A stretch of DNA of 12,094 nucleotides from a virus (taxonomy: Duplodnaviria; Heunggongvirae; Uroviricota; Caudoviricetes): the IMG/VR virus record IMGVR_UViG_2671180338_000009. The stretch is one strand, 5' to 3'. Both the position numbers and the translations under genes were made by a program. Positions 1 through 8,476 of this stretch are shown piece by piece; positions within the stretch are counted from its first letter, which is position 1; each line of letters begins with the position of its first letter. The notes beneath the pieces were generated by a model, which searched no databases, was not told where the DNA came from, and was given only the letters and a program-made list of their open reading frames with translations.

Positions 1-185
1 GATACTGGTTGTCTGGAGATTCAGGGGGCCAGTCTACCACCCCTGATGTCAGGTAGGAAAACACCATATGTTTCTGCTCTGTTTTTCCTTAGAAATAGGC
101 ATCCTTGCTGGAACAAAGCGAGCAGCTATATTGACTCTATGTTGTGAGTGTGTTGATCCGTTCTGAGTTAATACATTTAAGTTGC

Positions 186-1295
186 TCACTCTGTTTCTGC
201 TATCCATTCCGGGATTTTTGCCTCAAGCTCAAGCTGCGTGGTAAAGCCGCTGTTATCAATGGTGTGCTCGGCTTTTGCAATAATCCAGTCCTGATTATCA
301 ATCTCGCTTTTAAATCCTGTTACCGTGCCATGCATTTCGGGGTAGAGTTCTGCACGTCCATGCGCCAGTGTGATGGAGAATGATGCGGCTCCGCGTTGTA
401 GCTGCTGCCACTTTGCCGCCGCTGCACGTCTTGCTGCCTGCTCGTTCTGATAAGTTTTGCGTAACACAAACACGTTGCCTTCCGCACCTTCCATATAGTC
501 GCCTTCCCGGCTGCTGCTTTTCTCCTTTTTTGGTTTTGACGGTTTGCGGCGTTTCACGCTGACTTTTTTCTTTTTCCCGTAATTAAGATCAAGCCAGTAA
601 GCGCGTACCCCCGTATACGCTTCGCGGTCAGCAATGCGGAACTGATGGCGATCGCCGCTGCTGCGTGTGATGGCGAACGAGGGCAACGGCTGGCCCTGTG
701 CGTTCACGCCACCACCGGGCATGATGAATAACAGATTACCGCTTTTTACCGTGGTGATTGCGCCCAGCATTTCCGCCATGCGCGTAAGGAAGGACATGTC
801 GCTTTCTTCGGTCTGGTCGGCGTGGTCGATTTCGATATCCATCAGCATTTCGCTGATTTGCGGTTTCAGACCATACCGATGAGCGATGGCGGATACCACA
901 CGCTCAACGGTCACATCATGCCAGGACACCTCACGTTTAACGTTAAATTCAGCCCGAAAATCTGCGCTTCTGGCTGAAACAGTCAGCCTGTCCGGCGGTC
1001 CTTCGTGAGCGATTTCATCAACAATGTAAGTGCCTTTTTCTGTCAGCGGTTCTCCCTTCCAGCCAATGAGAACCGTCAGGCGCGCGCCCCGTGGCGGTAG
1101 CTGCAACTGACCATCCGCATCATCCAGCGTGATGGTGAGCTGGTCCGCCTCAAATCCCCGGTTGTCGGTCAGTGACAGGCTCATCAGGCGCTCTGCCACG
1201 CCTGACAGCGTTTTACCCTCCGCGAGAATATCAAAATCCGGCATTTTCACGGGGTCTGTGCCCTGACTGAGCAATTGCATGGTGGTGTCGGTCAT
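186..1295 (-). CDS. D: P2 gpD-like tail protein (phage late control gene D family)
   Basis: Minus-strand ORF from ATG at 1293-1295 (MTDTTMQLLSQG...), about 369 aa, with a purine-rich Shine-Dalgarno (GGGAGGGAG, revcomp of 1299-1307) 3 nt upstream. The ORF-track start at 1427 adds an S/P/T/R-rich extension that looks non-coding. Assignment rests on size and on context next to FI-FII-E-T-U; family resemblance is recalled, not searched. Alternative start ATG at 1280. Confidence 0.6.
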   Translation of the reverse strand: MTDTTMQLLSQGTDPVKMPDFDILAEGKTLSGVAERLMSLSLTDNRGFEADQLTITLDDADGQLQLPPRGARLTVLIGWKGEPLTEKGTYIVDEIAHEGPPDRLTVSARSADFRAEFNVKREVSWHDVTVERVVSAIAHRYGLKPQISEMLMDIEIDHADQTEESDMSFLTRMAEMLGAITTVKSGNLLFIMPGGGVNAQGQPLPSFAITRSSGDRHQFRIADREAYTGVRAYWLDLNYGKKKKVSVKRRKPSKPKKEKSSSREGDYMEGAEGNVFVLRKTYQNEQAARRAAAAKWQQLQRGAASFSITLAHGRAELYPEMHGTVTGFKSEIDNQDWIIAKAEHTIDNSGFTTQLELEAKIPEWIAETE

Positions 1296-1452
1296 CTGCT
1301 CCCTCCCTGTGTGGCATGGTCGCATGTGCGTGCGGAGGGGGTTACTGCTTTTTGTTGTCGCCGTGGCGGGAGAATGGCGCAGGGGTGAGATTACGCGCGT
1401 GGTGGGTGATGATTGTTGCCGAATCATTTAACGGATACAAGGGGTTGAAGCT
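1296..1452. promoter_or_regulatory. Divergent intergenic region between D and FI; expected site of the late tail-operon promoter
   Basis: 157-bp non-coding gap between divergent start codons. In P2 the FI operon is driven by an Ogr-activated late promoter, but I could not find a clean TGT-N12-ACA activator site by eye. Confidence 0.3.
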
Positions 1453-2637
1453 ATGAGTGAAACTCGTTTTCATGGTGCCCGTGTTACGGAAAATACCGAC
1501 CTGGTAACAGCGATTAACGATGTTGATTCCAGCGTTATCGGTATCGTGGCAACGGCGGATGATGCGGACGCGGAGCTGTTCCCGCTGAACAAGCCCACAC
1601 TGCTGCCCCGCGTCAATGACGTGCTGGGAAAATGCGGAACAACGGGGACGCTTTATCGTGCGCTTAAGGCCATCGCAGACCAGGTGAGCACAAAGGTGAT
1701 CGTCGTTCGCGTGGCTGAACACAAAGAAGAAGACGGAAAAACGCAGGATCAACTGGTTATCGGTGGTTCTGAATCTGACGGCAGCTATACGGGGATGTAT
1801 GCGCTGCTTGTTGCAGAGCAGGATGAAAGCATCGGATACCGTCCGCGTATTCTGGCCGCGCCGGAGCTGGACACGGAGGCGGTGACAAAATCCCTGTGCG
1901 TGATTGCGGGTAAACTGCGCGCGTTTGTGTATGCCTCATGTCATGACTGTAACACGATGGCTGAGGCAATTACCTACCGCCAGAAATTCAACGAACGTGA
2001 GGTGATGCTCTTATGGCCGGACTTCATCGCCTACAACCCGAAAAGTGGCAAAAACGAAACGTTCCCCGCGCCTGCCTATGCGTGCGGCCTTCGTGCGTAC
2101 ATTGACCATGAGCAGGGCTGGCACAAATCGCTGTCCAACGTTCCGGTTAAAAATGTGCTGGGGATGTCCAGGCATGTGTTCTGGTCGTTGCAGGCCGAAG
2201 ACAGTGATGCCAACAGCCTCAACAACAAAGAAATCACGACCATTATTCGTCGCAACGGGTTCCGCTTCTGGGGCAACCGCACACCGGAAACGAACGCCTA
2301 CATCTTTGAGGTGTATACCCGAACCGCACAGGTGCTGGCTGATTCAATTGCGGAAGCGCAGTTTGAAACCATCGACAGTCCACTGACGCCTGCGAACGTG
2401 AAGGATGTTATCGGTGCCATCAGGGCAAAACTGGATTCACTGGTTACTGCCGGGAAACTGATTGGGGCGTCGTGCTGGTATGACGTGGTGGATAACGGCA
2501 CCACGAATTTACGTCAGGGGCGCGTGCGTATTCGCTACAAATATACGCCTGTTCCCCCGCTGGAAGACATGGAGCTTTACCAGTCGTTTACTGATGAATT
2601 CTTTGGTCCCGCATTTGCGGTGCTGGGAGGTGCCTGA
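1453..2637 (+). CDS. FI: Contractile tail sheath protein (P2 gpFI-like)
   Basis: 394-aa ORF. Conserved blocks recalled from P2 FI: DADAE.FPLNKP, KLRAF, EQGWHK.LSNV, IRR.GFRFWGNRT, YTRTAQV, YKYTPVPPLE. Stop codon overlaps the FII start (TGATG). Confidence 0.9.
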   Translation: MSETRFHGARVTENTDLVTAINDVDSSVIGIVATADDADAELFPLNKPTLLPRVNDVLGKCGTTGTLYRALKAIADQVSTKVIVVRVAEHKEEDGKTQDQLVIGGSESDGSYTGMYALLVAEQDESIGYRPRILAAPELDTEAVTKSLCVIAGKLRAFVYASCHDCNTMAEAITYRQKFNEREVMLLWPDFIAYNPKSGKNETFPAPAYACGLRAYIDHEQGWHKSLSNVPVKNVLGMSRHVFWSLQAEDSDANSLNNKEITTIIRRNGFRFWGNRTPETNAYIFEVYTRTAQVLADSIAEAQFETIDSPLTPANVKDVIGAIRAKLDSLVTAGKLIGASCWYDVVDNGTTNLRQGRVRIRYKYTPVPPLEDMELYQSFTDEFFGPAFAVLGGA

Positions 2638-3149
2638 TGGCTGTACCAAAACATCTTCGCTTTTTTACGCTGTTTGTGGATGGTGAAAACGAAGTGGGTA
2701 AGGTGACGTCCGTCACTCTGCCTAAGCTGACGCGCAAAACCGACAGCTACCGGGGTGGTGGCATGATGGGAGCGGTAAGTATTGATCTCGGCCTGGATGA
2801 CTCCGCGCTTGATGCGAGCTTTGTCATGGGGGGCGCAGTTCGTGAGCTGTTCCTTAAGTATGGCGGCACGATTGACGGTACGCTGCTGCGTTTTGCGGGT
2901 GAATACTACACCGACGCTGAAAGCGACCTGTATGAAGTCGAAATGCGCGGACGTGTGACGGAAATTGATATGGGGGAAGCCAAACAGGGCGAAGCCACAT
3001 CACACACTTACGCCATTAAAAACACCTACTACAAGCTGAGTGTTAACGATCGCCCGTTGTGGGAGATTGACCTGCTGAACTTCATTTACCGGAAGGACGG
3101 CAGGGACATTGTGCCCGATCGCATCCGTTCCGCGCTCGGGCTTGGCTGA
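2637..3149 (+). CDS. FII: Tail tube protein (P2 gpFII-like)
   Basis: 170-aa ORF directly after FI with translational coupling (ATG overlaps the FI stop). Motifs VTLPKLTRK, YRGGGM, DLGLDD and RFAG.Y resemble P2 FII. Confidence 0.9.
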   Translation: MAVPKHLRFFTLFVDGENEVGKVTSVTLPKLTRKTDSYRGGGMMGAVSIDLGLDDSALDASFVMGGAVRELFLKYGGTIDGTLLRFAGEYYTDAESDLYEVEMRGRVTEIDMGEAKQGEATSHTYAIKNTYYKLSVNDRPLWEIDLLNFIYRKDGRDIVPDRIRSALGLG

Positions 3150-3203
3150 TAAGTAATATGCAGGCGGCGCAGTGCGTCGCCTCTGACTGAAAGGAGTTTC
3201 CTG

Positions 3204-3569
3204 ATGAAAGAGACGAAAAACATCGATACCGAAAACACGGTCGTTGCTGACACTGTGAAAGAAACCAGTGAGCGTGGCGTAAAACTTACCCAACCAATTG
3301 AGCGAGGCGGCGAAAAAATCACGTATGTGGAGATCACCGGGGCTATTGAGCAGGCTGGATCTCTGCGAGATTTGTCGCTGTCTGATGTGCTGAATTTGAA
3401 AGCGGAATCCATGTTTACGCTGCTGTCACGCGTGACATCACCGCGACTGGATGAAGTGACGATCAAAAAAATGGCATCCCGTGACTTTATTCAGTTATGT
3501 GTGGTTGCCGTAAATTTTTTGAGCGGTGCGGACTCTGGCGAGAAGAACGAACAGGCGACGGAAGCCTGA
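3204..3569 (+). CDS. E: Tail assembly chaperone gpE (zero-frame product)
   Basis: 121-aa ORF with AAGGAG Shine-Dalgarno at 3191-3196, in the position between tube and tape measure. Contains the TTTTTTG slippery heptamer in frame. Confidence 0.8.
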   Translation: MKETKNIDTENTVVADTVKETSERGVKLTQPIERGGEKITYVEITGAIEQAGSLRDLSLSDVLNLKAESMFTLLSRVTSPRLDEVTIKKMASRDFIQLCVVAVNFLSGADSGEKNEQATEA

Positions 3570-3733
3570 TCACGGTTGTGTGCTTTGAGCACATAGAAGA
3601 CTTTGTGGCGGATATTGCCGCCATTTTTAACTGGTCGCCCGCCGAAATCTTCATGATGACGCCCGGCGAAGTGGTTAGCTGGCGTGAGCGGGCGGCACTT
3701 CGCAGCGGGAATGCAGACAATGAAGACTCTTGA
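3204..3733 (+). CDS. E': Tail assembly chaperone E+E' fusion made by programmed -1 frameshift (join 3204..3521 with 3521..3733)
   Basis: Slippery heptamer T_TTT_TTG at 3515-3521 is in X_XXY_YYZ phase with the E frame. The -1 frame is open from there to TGA at 3731-3733 and matches ORF 3497..3733. This is analogous to P2 E/E' and lambda G/GT. The fusion overlaps the start of T. Confidence 0.7.
3515..3521 (+). other. -1 ribosomal frameshift slippery site (TTTTTTG)
   Basis: Seen directly in the sequence; phase is correct relative to the E reading frame. Confidence 0.7.
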
Positions 3734-6527
3734 TATCCGGGTCGCTTTCAGCGCCGTTGACAGGCTGACCCGGCCTGCCGAAAACGCCCGCCGCCTGATG
3801 GGGCAGTTTGGTGACTCCATCCAGCGAACGCAGGGGGCGATCAAAAATCTCGAGCGTCAGGCGCGTTCATTTGAGCGCGCCCGTGACGCTGTCAGTAAAG
3901 CGGATGCGGGCATCGTGAAAGCACGACGCCAGCTTAACGCCCTTAATCAGTTACAACGCACGGGTACAGTGCTCAGCGAAAAACAACAAAAGCTGATGCA
4001 GCAGTTAAGCACCCGGCTTGAACGCCTGAATGAATCGCGCACACGGGAAATTCAGAAAATGCGGGAACTTGGCGGAGAGCTGAAACGCCACGGCATTTCC
4101 CTGACAGGCAGCGATAACACCATCCAGCAGGCCATCAGACGCACCGGACAATACAACAACCAGCTTGAACGCGAACGGCGGGCGCTTGCGCGTGTAACGC
4201 AGGCGCGTGAGCGGTATTCACGCGCGCAGGAAACAGCGGGAAAACTGAAAACAGGTGGTGCGCTGGCAACAGGTGCGGCGGCAGCGGGCGGCTATGCTGC
4301 CGGGCGTTTTTTGCAGCCCGCTATCGGGTTCGGGAAAGAGATGTCCCGTGTTCAGGCACTGACGCGAATCGATAAAAACAGCCCGCAGTTTAAGGCGCTG
4401 CGTGAGCAGGCGTTAAAACTTGGCTCTGAAACGCAGTTCACCGCAGGCGATGCCGCCAGTGGACAGGCATTTCTTGCAATGGCTGGTTTCACACCGCAGG
4501 CCATTCAGGCTGCGCTTCCCGGCGTGCTGAGCATGGCAACGGCTGGCGGTATGGACCTCGGCGAGACGGCGGATATTGGTTCCAATATCCTGACGCAGTT
4601 CGGCCTCTCTGCTGACCAGATGGACCGGGTCGGTGACACACTTACCGCAGCGTTTACCCGTACCAACACTGACCTTCGCGCACTGGGCGAAACCATGAAA
4701 TATGCAGGTCCGGTGGCGGGTAAGCTGGGAATATCGCTGGAGCAGGCCGCAGCGATGGCGGGCGTGCTGGCGAAGATGGGTATCAGGGGGAGTGATGCAG
4801 GTACAGCGTTGCGTAAAAGCCTGGCCAATCTGTCATCACCGCCAAAGGCAGCGGCAGAAGCACTGAAAGAGCTGGGGGTGTCAGTTGCTGACGCCAAAGG
4901 CAAAATGCGCCCGATGGAGAATGTGCTGGCCGATCTCTATAAAGCCACCCGCAAATACGGGGAGGTTGACCGGGTATCGTTCTTTAAGGACATTGCCGGA
5001 GAAGAGGCTTTCACATCATTTATGGGCCTCGTTGATGCGGCAGGTGACGGCTTCTTAGCCAAACTGAGAAAAGAACTTGAAGGCGCGCGCGGTGAGGCAG
5101 AACGCACGGCAAAGGTTATGGCCAATAACCTTGATGGCAACCTGAAATCACTCGGCAGTGCATGGGAAGGTCTGCGTATTCGCATCAGTGATCTGGTTGA
5201 CGGTCCGCTGCGTTCTGTCACGCAGTGGCTCACGCGGGTTGTCTCAAAGGTGACGGCGCTGGCGCAGGCCCACCCGGCACTGACGCGCCAGTTACTGATA
5301 GCGGGAGGCGCACTGCTGGCGACAACAGCAACGGTTGGTTCGTTGTCTCTGGTTATTGGGGTGCTTCACGGGAAGCTGGCTACGTTGCGTCTCGGTTTTT
5401 CTCTCCTGACCGAATCAATGAATGTTGTCAGGGTTCTGCCTGCATTATGGGGAATGGTGACGGGTTCCGTTTCTTTACTTGGTGGCGCTATCGGGGCGCT
5501 GTTCAGTCCGGTTAGTCTTATCGTGGCTGCGCTTGCCGGAGCTGCCGTTCTTATCTGGAAATACTGGGATCCCATCAGGGCATTTTTTGCCGGGGTGTTC
5601 AGCGGGATTATGGAAAGGCTGACCCCGTTGCGCGAAACCTTTGAACGGTTTGGCCCTGTTTTTGATGTCGTGCGCGATGGGATTATTCAGGTCTTTAACT
5701 GGTTTAAATCGCTGCTGTCACCGATGGAGTCCAGCAAGGAAACGCTGGATAAATGTGCCAGTGCTGGCGAGATATTCGGTAACGTTCTTGGCGGTGCGTT
5801 ACAACTTGTTCTGACACCTGCAAAAATGCTACTGGATACGCTGGCGTGGATACTTGAAAAACTTGGCGTCCTTCCGGATGAAGCGGAAAGGGCGCGCAAG
5901 AAAATCGAAGACGCACAGCGTGCGGCCATTCTTCAGGACAAGGTTGCCTTGCTTCAGGGGGACCTGGCGAAAATCAATCCGCCGAAGCCTGTGGAAAATG
6001 GCAATGGCACCGGAGGTGATAAACCCAAAGACAACAAACCGCTCACAGACAGCAATACCGGGACGCTACGCAGACTCAGCAAAATTGCTGATAACACAGG
6101 TAAGCTGGTTGATGAGACGAAAAAACGCATTGGCCCCGGCGATATTGTCTTTAAGAACCTGCCCCGCGCACTTGCTGTTCGTGGGGAGTGGCAGGAGCGG
6201 AAGATTGCGCAGGTCAGTAAGCCTGCCCCCGCAATTAATATCACACCCGTGGTCCCGGCTCCGCTGCCTCCGGCGCTGGTCCCTGTTGTTGCGGCCAGCT
6301 CCCGCCCGGTGGCGGAGGCCATACGCTCTCCAGTGGCATCAGTTCCTGTAACTTCCCGTAACCGGGAGCCTGTTGCCTCCGGATTTGGTGGTGAAATTCA
6401 TGTTCATCTGCATAACGTTGTTACGCAGAATCCCCGCGAACTGGCGAAACTGGTCGGTGAAATGGTCAGGGCAGAAATGGAACGGCGCGCCCGTGCCGGG
6501 CGTGGCAGTTTTTACGATAAAGATTGA
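3711..6527 (+). CDS. T: Tail tape measure protein (P2 gpT-like)
   Basis: About 938-aa ORF after E/E'. N-terminal half is coiled-coil-like and rich in Q/R/E/L; there is a central Ala/Gly-rich hydrophobic stretch and a C-terminal Pro/Val-rich tail. Start taken as ATG 3711 (alternative ATG 3720); the ORF-track start at 3684 is a GTG extension. Confidence 0.85.
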   Translation: MQTMKTLDIRVAFSAVDRLTRPAENARRLMGQFGDSIQRTQGAIKNLERQARSFERARDAVSKADAGIVKARRQLNALNQLQRTGTVLSEKQQKLMQQLSTRLERLNESRTREIQKMRELGGELKRHGISLTGSDNTIQQAIRRTGQYNNQLERERRALARVTQARERYSRAQETAGKLKTGGALATGAAAAGGYAAGRFLQPAIGFGKEMSRVQALTRIDKNSPQFKALREQALKLGSETQFTAGDAASGQAFLAMAGFTPQAIQAALPGVLSMATAGGMDLGETADIGSNILTQFGLSADQMDRVGDTLTAAFTRTNTDLRALGETMKYAGPVAGKLGISLEQAAAMAGVLAKMGIRGSDAGTALRKSLANLSSPPKAAAEALKELGVSVADAKGKMRPMENVLADLYKATRKYGEVDRVSFFKDIAGEEAFTSFMGLVDAAGDGFLAKLRKELEGARGEAERTAKVMANNLDGNLKSLGSAWEGLRIRISDLVDGPLRSVTQWLTRVVSKVTALAQAHPALTRQLLIAGGALLATTATVGSLSLVIGVLHGKLATLRLGFSLLTESMNVVRVLPALWGMVTGSVSLLGGAIGALFSPVSLIVAALAGAAVLIWKYWDPIRAFFAGVFSGIMERLTPLRETFERFGPVFDVVRDGIIQVFNWFKSLLSPMESSKETLDKCASAGEIFGNVLGGALQLVLTPAKMLLDTLAWILEKLGVLPDEAERARKKIEDAQRAAILQDKVALLQGDLAKINPPKPVENGNGTGGDKPKDNKPLTDSNTGTLRRLSKIADNTGKLVDETKKRIGPGDIVFKNLPRALAVRGEWQERKIAQVSKPAPAINITPVVPAPLPPALVPVVAASSRPVAEAIRSPVASVPVTSRNREPVASGFGGEIHVHLHNVVTQNPRELAKLVGEMVRAEMERRARAGRGSFYDKD

Positions 6528-6539
6528 GGAGTCATGGCC

Positions 6540-7028
6540 ATGATGATGATCTACGGCATGTTTGTTTTTGAGCTGCGTACATTGCCGCATCAGCAGTTAC
6601 AGCAAAACAAAAGCTGGCGGCATGTGAAAAATGAACGCGTTAACCGTTCGGCAAGCTGGCAGTATATCGGTGCAGGTGATGAGCGCATCGTTCTTTCTGG
6701 TGTGCTTTATCCTGAAATTACAGGTGGCGAAGTGTCGCTGTCGCTGCTGACCACGCAGGCGTATACAGGACGACCCTGGCCTCTGATTGATGGCGTCGGG
6801 CAGATTTACGGCATGTATGTCCTGACCGAAACGAATACGACCCGCTCCGAGTTTGATCGCTACGGTAAGGCGAAAAAGATAGAATTTTCACTGACTCTTG
6901 AACGCTGTGATGAGGATTTGCGGGAGCGCCTGCAATCCTCATCGTTCAGCGATATGCTGTCCGGCTTCAAAGATAAGGTAACATCATCCCTTAACAGCGC
7001 GGCCAGTTCAGTTAAAGGGTTGTTCTGA
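6540..7028 (+). CDS. U: Tail protein gpU-like
   Basis: MMMIYGMFVFELRTLP... resembles the P2 gpU N-terminus. GAGGA Shine-Dalgarno at 6526-6530 gives 9-nt spacing to ATG 6540; ATG 6534 is an alternative start. Confidence 0.85.
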   Translation: MMMIYGMFVFELRTLPHQQLQQNKSWRHVKNERVNRSASWQYIGAGDERIVLSGVLYPEITGGEVSLSLLTTQAYTGRPWPLIDGVGQIYGMYVLTETNTTRSEFDRYGKAKKIEFSLTLERCDEDLRERLQSSSFSDMLSGFKDKVTSSLNSAASSVKGLF

Positions 7029-7039
7029 TTTAACACAAA

Positions 7040-7075
7040 AACCGCTAATGGTCAGATTAGCGGTTATTTTGTTTC
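7040..7075. terminator. Bidirectional rho-independent terminator between convergent U and pin
   Basis: 10-bp stem AACCGCTAAT (7040-7049) pairs with ATTAGCGGTT (7056-7065) around a 6-nt loop. It is followed by ATTTTGTTT on the + strand and by TTTGTGTT on the - strand. Confidence 0.5.
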
Positions 7076-7651
7076 CTGACTCTTCTCTATTGTTCCGATT
7101 GATTCTCCTGCGGGGTGGTAACGATAAATCGTCGATATACCAATGCCGTAAATTATTGCCAGTTGTTTTCTGTCGTGCCCGTTTTTGATCAGCCTTGCTA
7201 TTTGCTCATGCTGTTCTTTTGTCAGCTTCGGTCGACGTCCGCCTGTGCGCCCCCGTGCGCGTGCTGCCGCCAGTCCGGCCAGTGTACGTTCAACAATTAA
7301 TTCACGTTCCATTTCAGCCAGGGCACCCATCACGTGGAAGAAAAAACGCCCCATTGGAGAAGATGTATCTATGCTGTCGGTCAGACTGCGAAAATTAATT
7401 CCTCGCTCCCGTAGTTCCCCGACGAGAGAAATCAGATGTTTCATGCTTCGCCCGAGGCGATCCAGTTTCCAGACAACCAGCGTGTCACCTTTTTGAAGGC
7501 GCTTTAAAGCGCGTTTTAATCCCGGTCGGTCTGTCTTTGTCCCGCTTAATTTATCTTCAAATATTTGTTCACATCCTGCACAAACAAGAGCGTTTCGTTG
7601 CAGGTCTGTATTCTGGTCATTTGTTGATACCCTTACATAGCCAATCAGCAC
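7064..7651 (-). CDS. pin: Serine DNA invertase, Hin/Gin/Pin/Cin family
   Basis: N-terminus (M)LIGYVRVSTNDQNTDLQRNAL... with the catalytic Ser in the GYVRVS motif and a C-terminal HTH. It is near-identical over long stretches to Gin/Pin as I recall them. Start taken as GTG at 7649-7651 with GGGAGA Shine-Dalgarno upstream; the ORF-track start at 7675 is also GTG. Confidence 0.85.
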   Translation of the reverse strand: MLIGYVRVSTNDQNTDLQRNALVCAGCEQIFEDKLSGTKTDRPGLKRALKRLQKGDTLVVWKLDRLGRSMKHLISLVGELRERGINFRSLTDSIDTSSPMGRFFFHVMGALAEMERELIVERTLAGLAAARARGRTGGRRPKLTKEQHEQIARLIKNGHDRKQLAIIYGIGISTIYRYHPAGESIGTIEKSQETK

Positions 7652-7705
7652 GCTGAATCTCCCGTCCAAAAGCACAAATCATGCCATGCAGGCCAGAAAC
7701 CGCCA

Positions 7706-7733
7706 TTATCTAAAACCTCGGTTTACAGGAAAC
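7706..7733. other. gix/pix-like invertase crossover site 1
   Basis: TTATCTAAAACCTCGGTTTACAGGAAAC. Its reverse complement TTCCTGTAAACCGAGGTTTTAGATAA differs at one position from the Mu gix sequence as I recall it. The 2-bp core TC is at 7717-7718. It sits 55 bp upstream of the invertase start. Confidence 0.75.
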
Positions 7734-8412
7734 GGTAAATCAGGCTTCTGGCGCATTACAGAAAAACCAGAACGGCGCAGATATTCCGGGGAAAGATACC
7801 TTCACCAAAAATATTGGTGCCTGCCGCGCATATAGCTCATGGCTGAATATTGGTGGCGATAGTCAGGTCTGGACAACCGCGCAATTTATTTCGTGGCTGG
7901 AGAGTCAGGGAGCATTTAACCATCCTTACTGGATGTGCAAAGGCTCATGGGCTTATGCAAATAATAAGGTCATTACAGATACAGGTTGCGGAAATATTTG
8001 TCTTGCAGGTGCTGTGGTGGAAGTTATTGGCACTCGCGGCGCAATGACCATACGCGTTACCACGCCGAGCACGTCCAGCGGTGGCGGAATTACTAACGCT
8101 CAATTCACTTATATTAATCATGGTGATGCTTACGCTCCTGGCTGGCGACGAGACTACAACACGAAAAATCAACAACCTGCATTTGCTTTAGGGCAAACAG
8201 GAAGCACTGTCGGAAATGATAAAGCTGTTGGCTGGAACTGGAATAGCGGGGTCTATAACGCAAACATTGGTGGCGCATCGACATTAATCCTCCACTTCAA
8301 TATGAATACGGGGAGCTGCCCTGCTGTACAGTTCCGCGTGAATTACAGGAACGGCGGTATTTTTTATCGTTCAGCGCGTGATGGTTATGGCTTTGAAGCT
8401 GACTGGTCAGAG
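7714..8412 (+). pseudogene. 5' portion of a variable tail-fibre C-terminal domain, truncated by IS insertion
   Basis: The frame is open from just after TAA 7711-7713 (inside the gix site) to the IS boundary, with no start codon of its own. It begins LGLQETVNQASGALQKNQNG..., typical of an invertible-segment tail-fibre module that is expressed only when fused to the constant part. It ends ...GFEADWSE, and the IS left end supplies the TGA stop at 8413-8415. Confidence 0.7.
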
Positions 8413-8476
8413 TGAGGTAGCCTGAGTTTAACGGACACTCCTTCCTGAAATAGAATGGCATCAGAAGGAGCTAATA

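Noticed and set aside
1-67. Possible partial - strand ORF running off the left edge (ATG at 65-67, MVFSYLTSGVVDWPPESPDNQY...)
   Set aside because: Too short and unrecognised to support. It does not resemble P2 Ogr, which would be expected after D. Left unannotated.
186-1427. Long 413-aa version of the gpD-like ORF beginning at 1427
   Set aside because: The first 44 residues are S/P/T/R-rich and low in complexity. An internal ATG at 1295 with a strong Shine-Dalgarno is a better start.
1296-1452. Ogr/Delta-type late activator binding site upstream of FI
   Set aside because: I could not find a clean TGT-N12-ACA element by eye, so no specific site is claimed.
3684-3710. ORF-track start of the tape measure at 3684 (GTG), giving an MSGRHFAAG N-terminal extension
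   Set aside because: Start at ATG 3711 or 3720 is more plausible, since the gene overlaps the end of E'. The extension is not needed to explain the ORF.
4505-6322. Several 70-130 aa ORFs on the - strand and in alternate + frames inside the tape measure gene (4505-4903, 4937-5233, 5687-5929, 5954-6322, 5854-6351)
   Set aside because: They lie wholly inside a well-supported long CDS, have skewed composition (Ala/Ser/Pro/Arg-rich) and are typical antisense artefacts of GC-rich coding DNA.
7115-7496. ORFs antisense to the invertase gene (7115-7300, 7185-7496, 7195-7398)
   Set aside because: They overlap the confidently assigned invertase CDS and are low-complexity and Arg/Ser/Pro-rich.
7681-7713. 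10-codon mini-ORF (MPCRPETAII) ending at the TAA inside gix site 1
   Set aside because: Too short, with no evidence of function. It most likely reflects the invertase promoter and leader region.
7850-8175. ORFs 7850-8047 (+) and 7945-8175 (-) within the tail-fibre fragment
   Set aside because: They are in a different frame or strand from the open tail-fibre frame, which explains this region.
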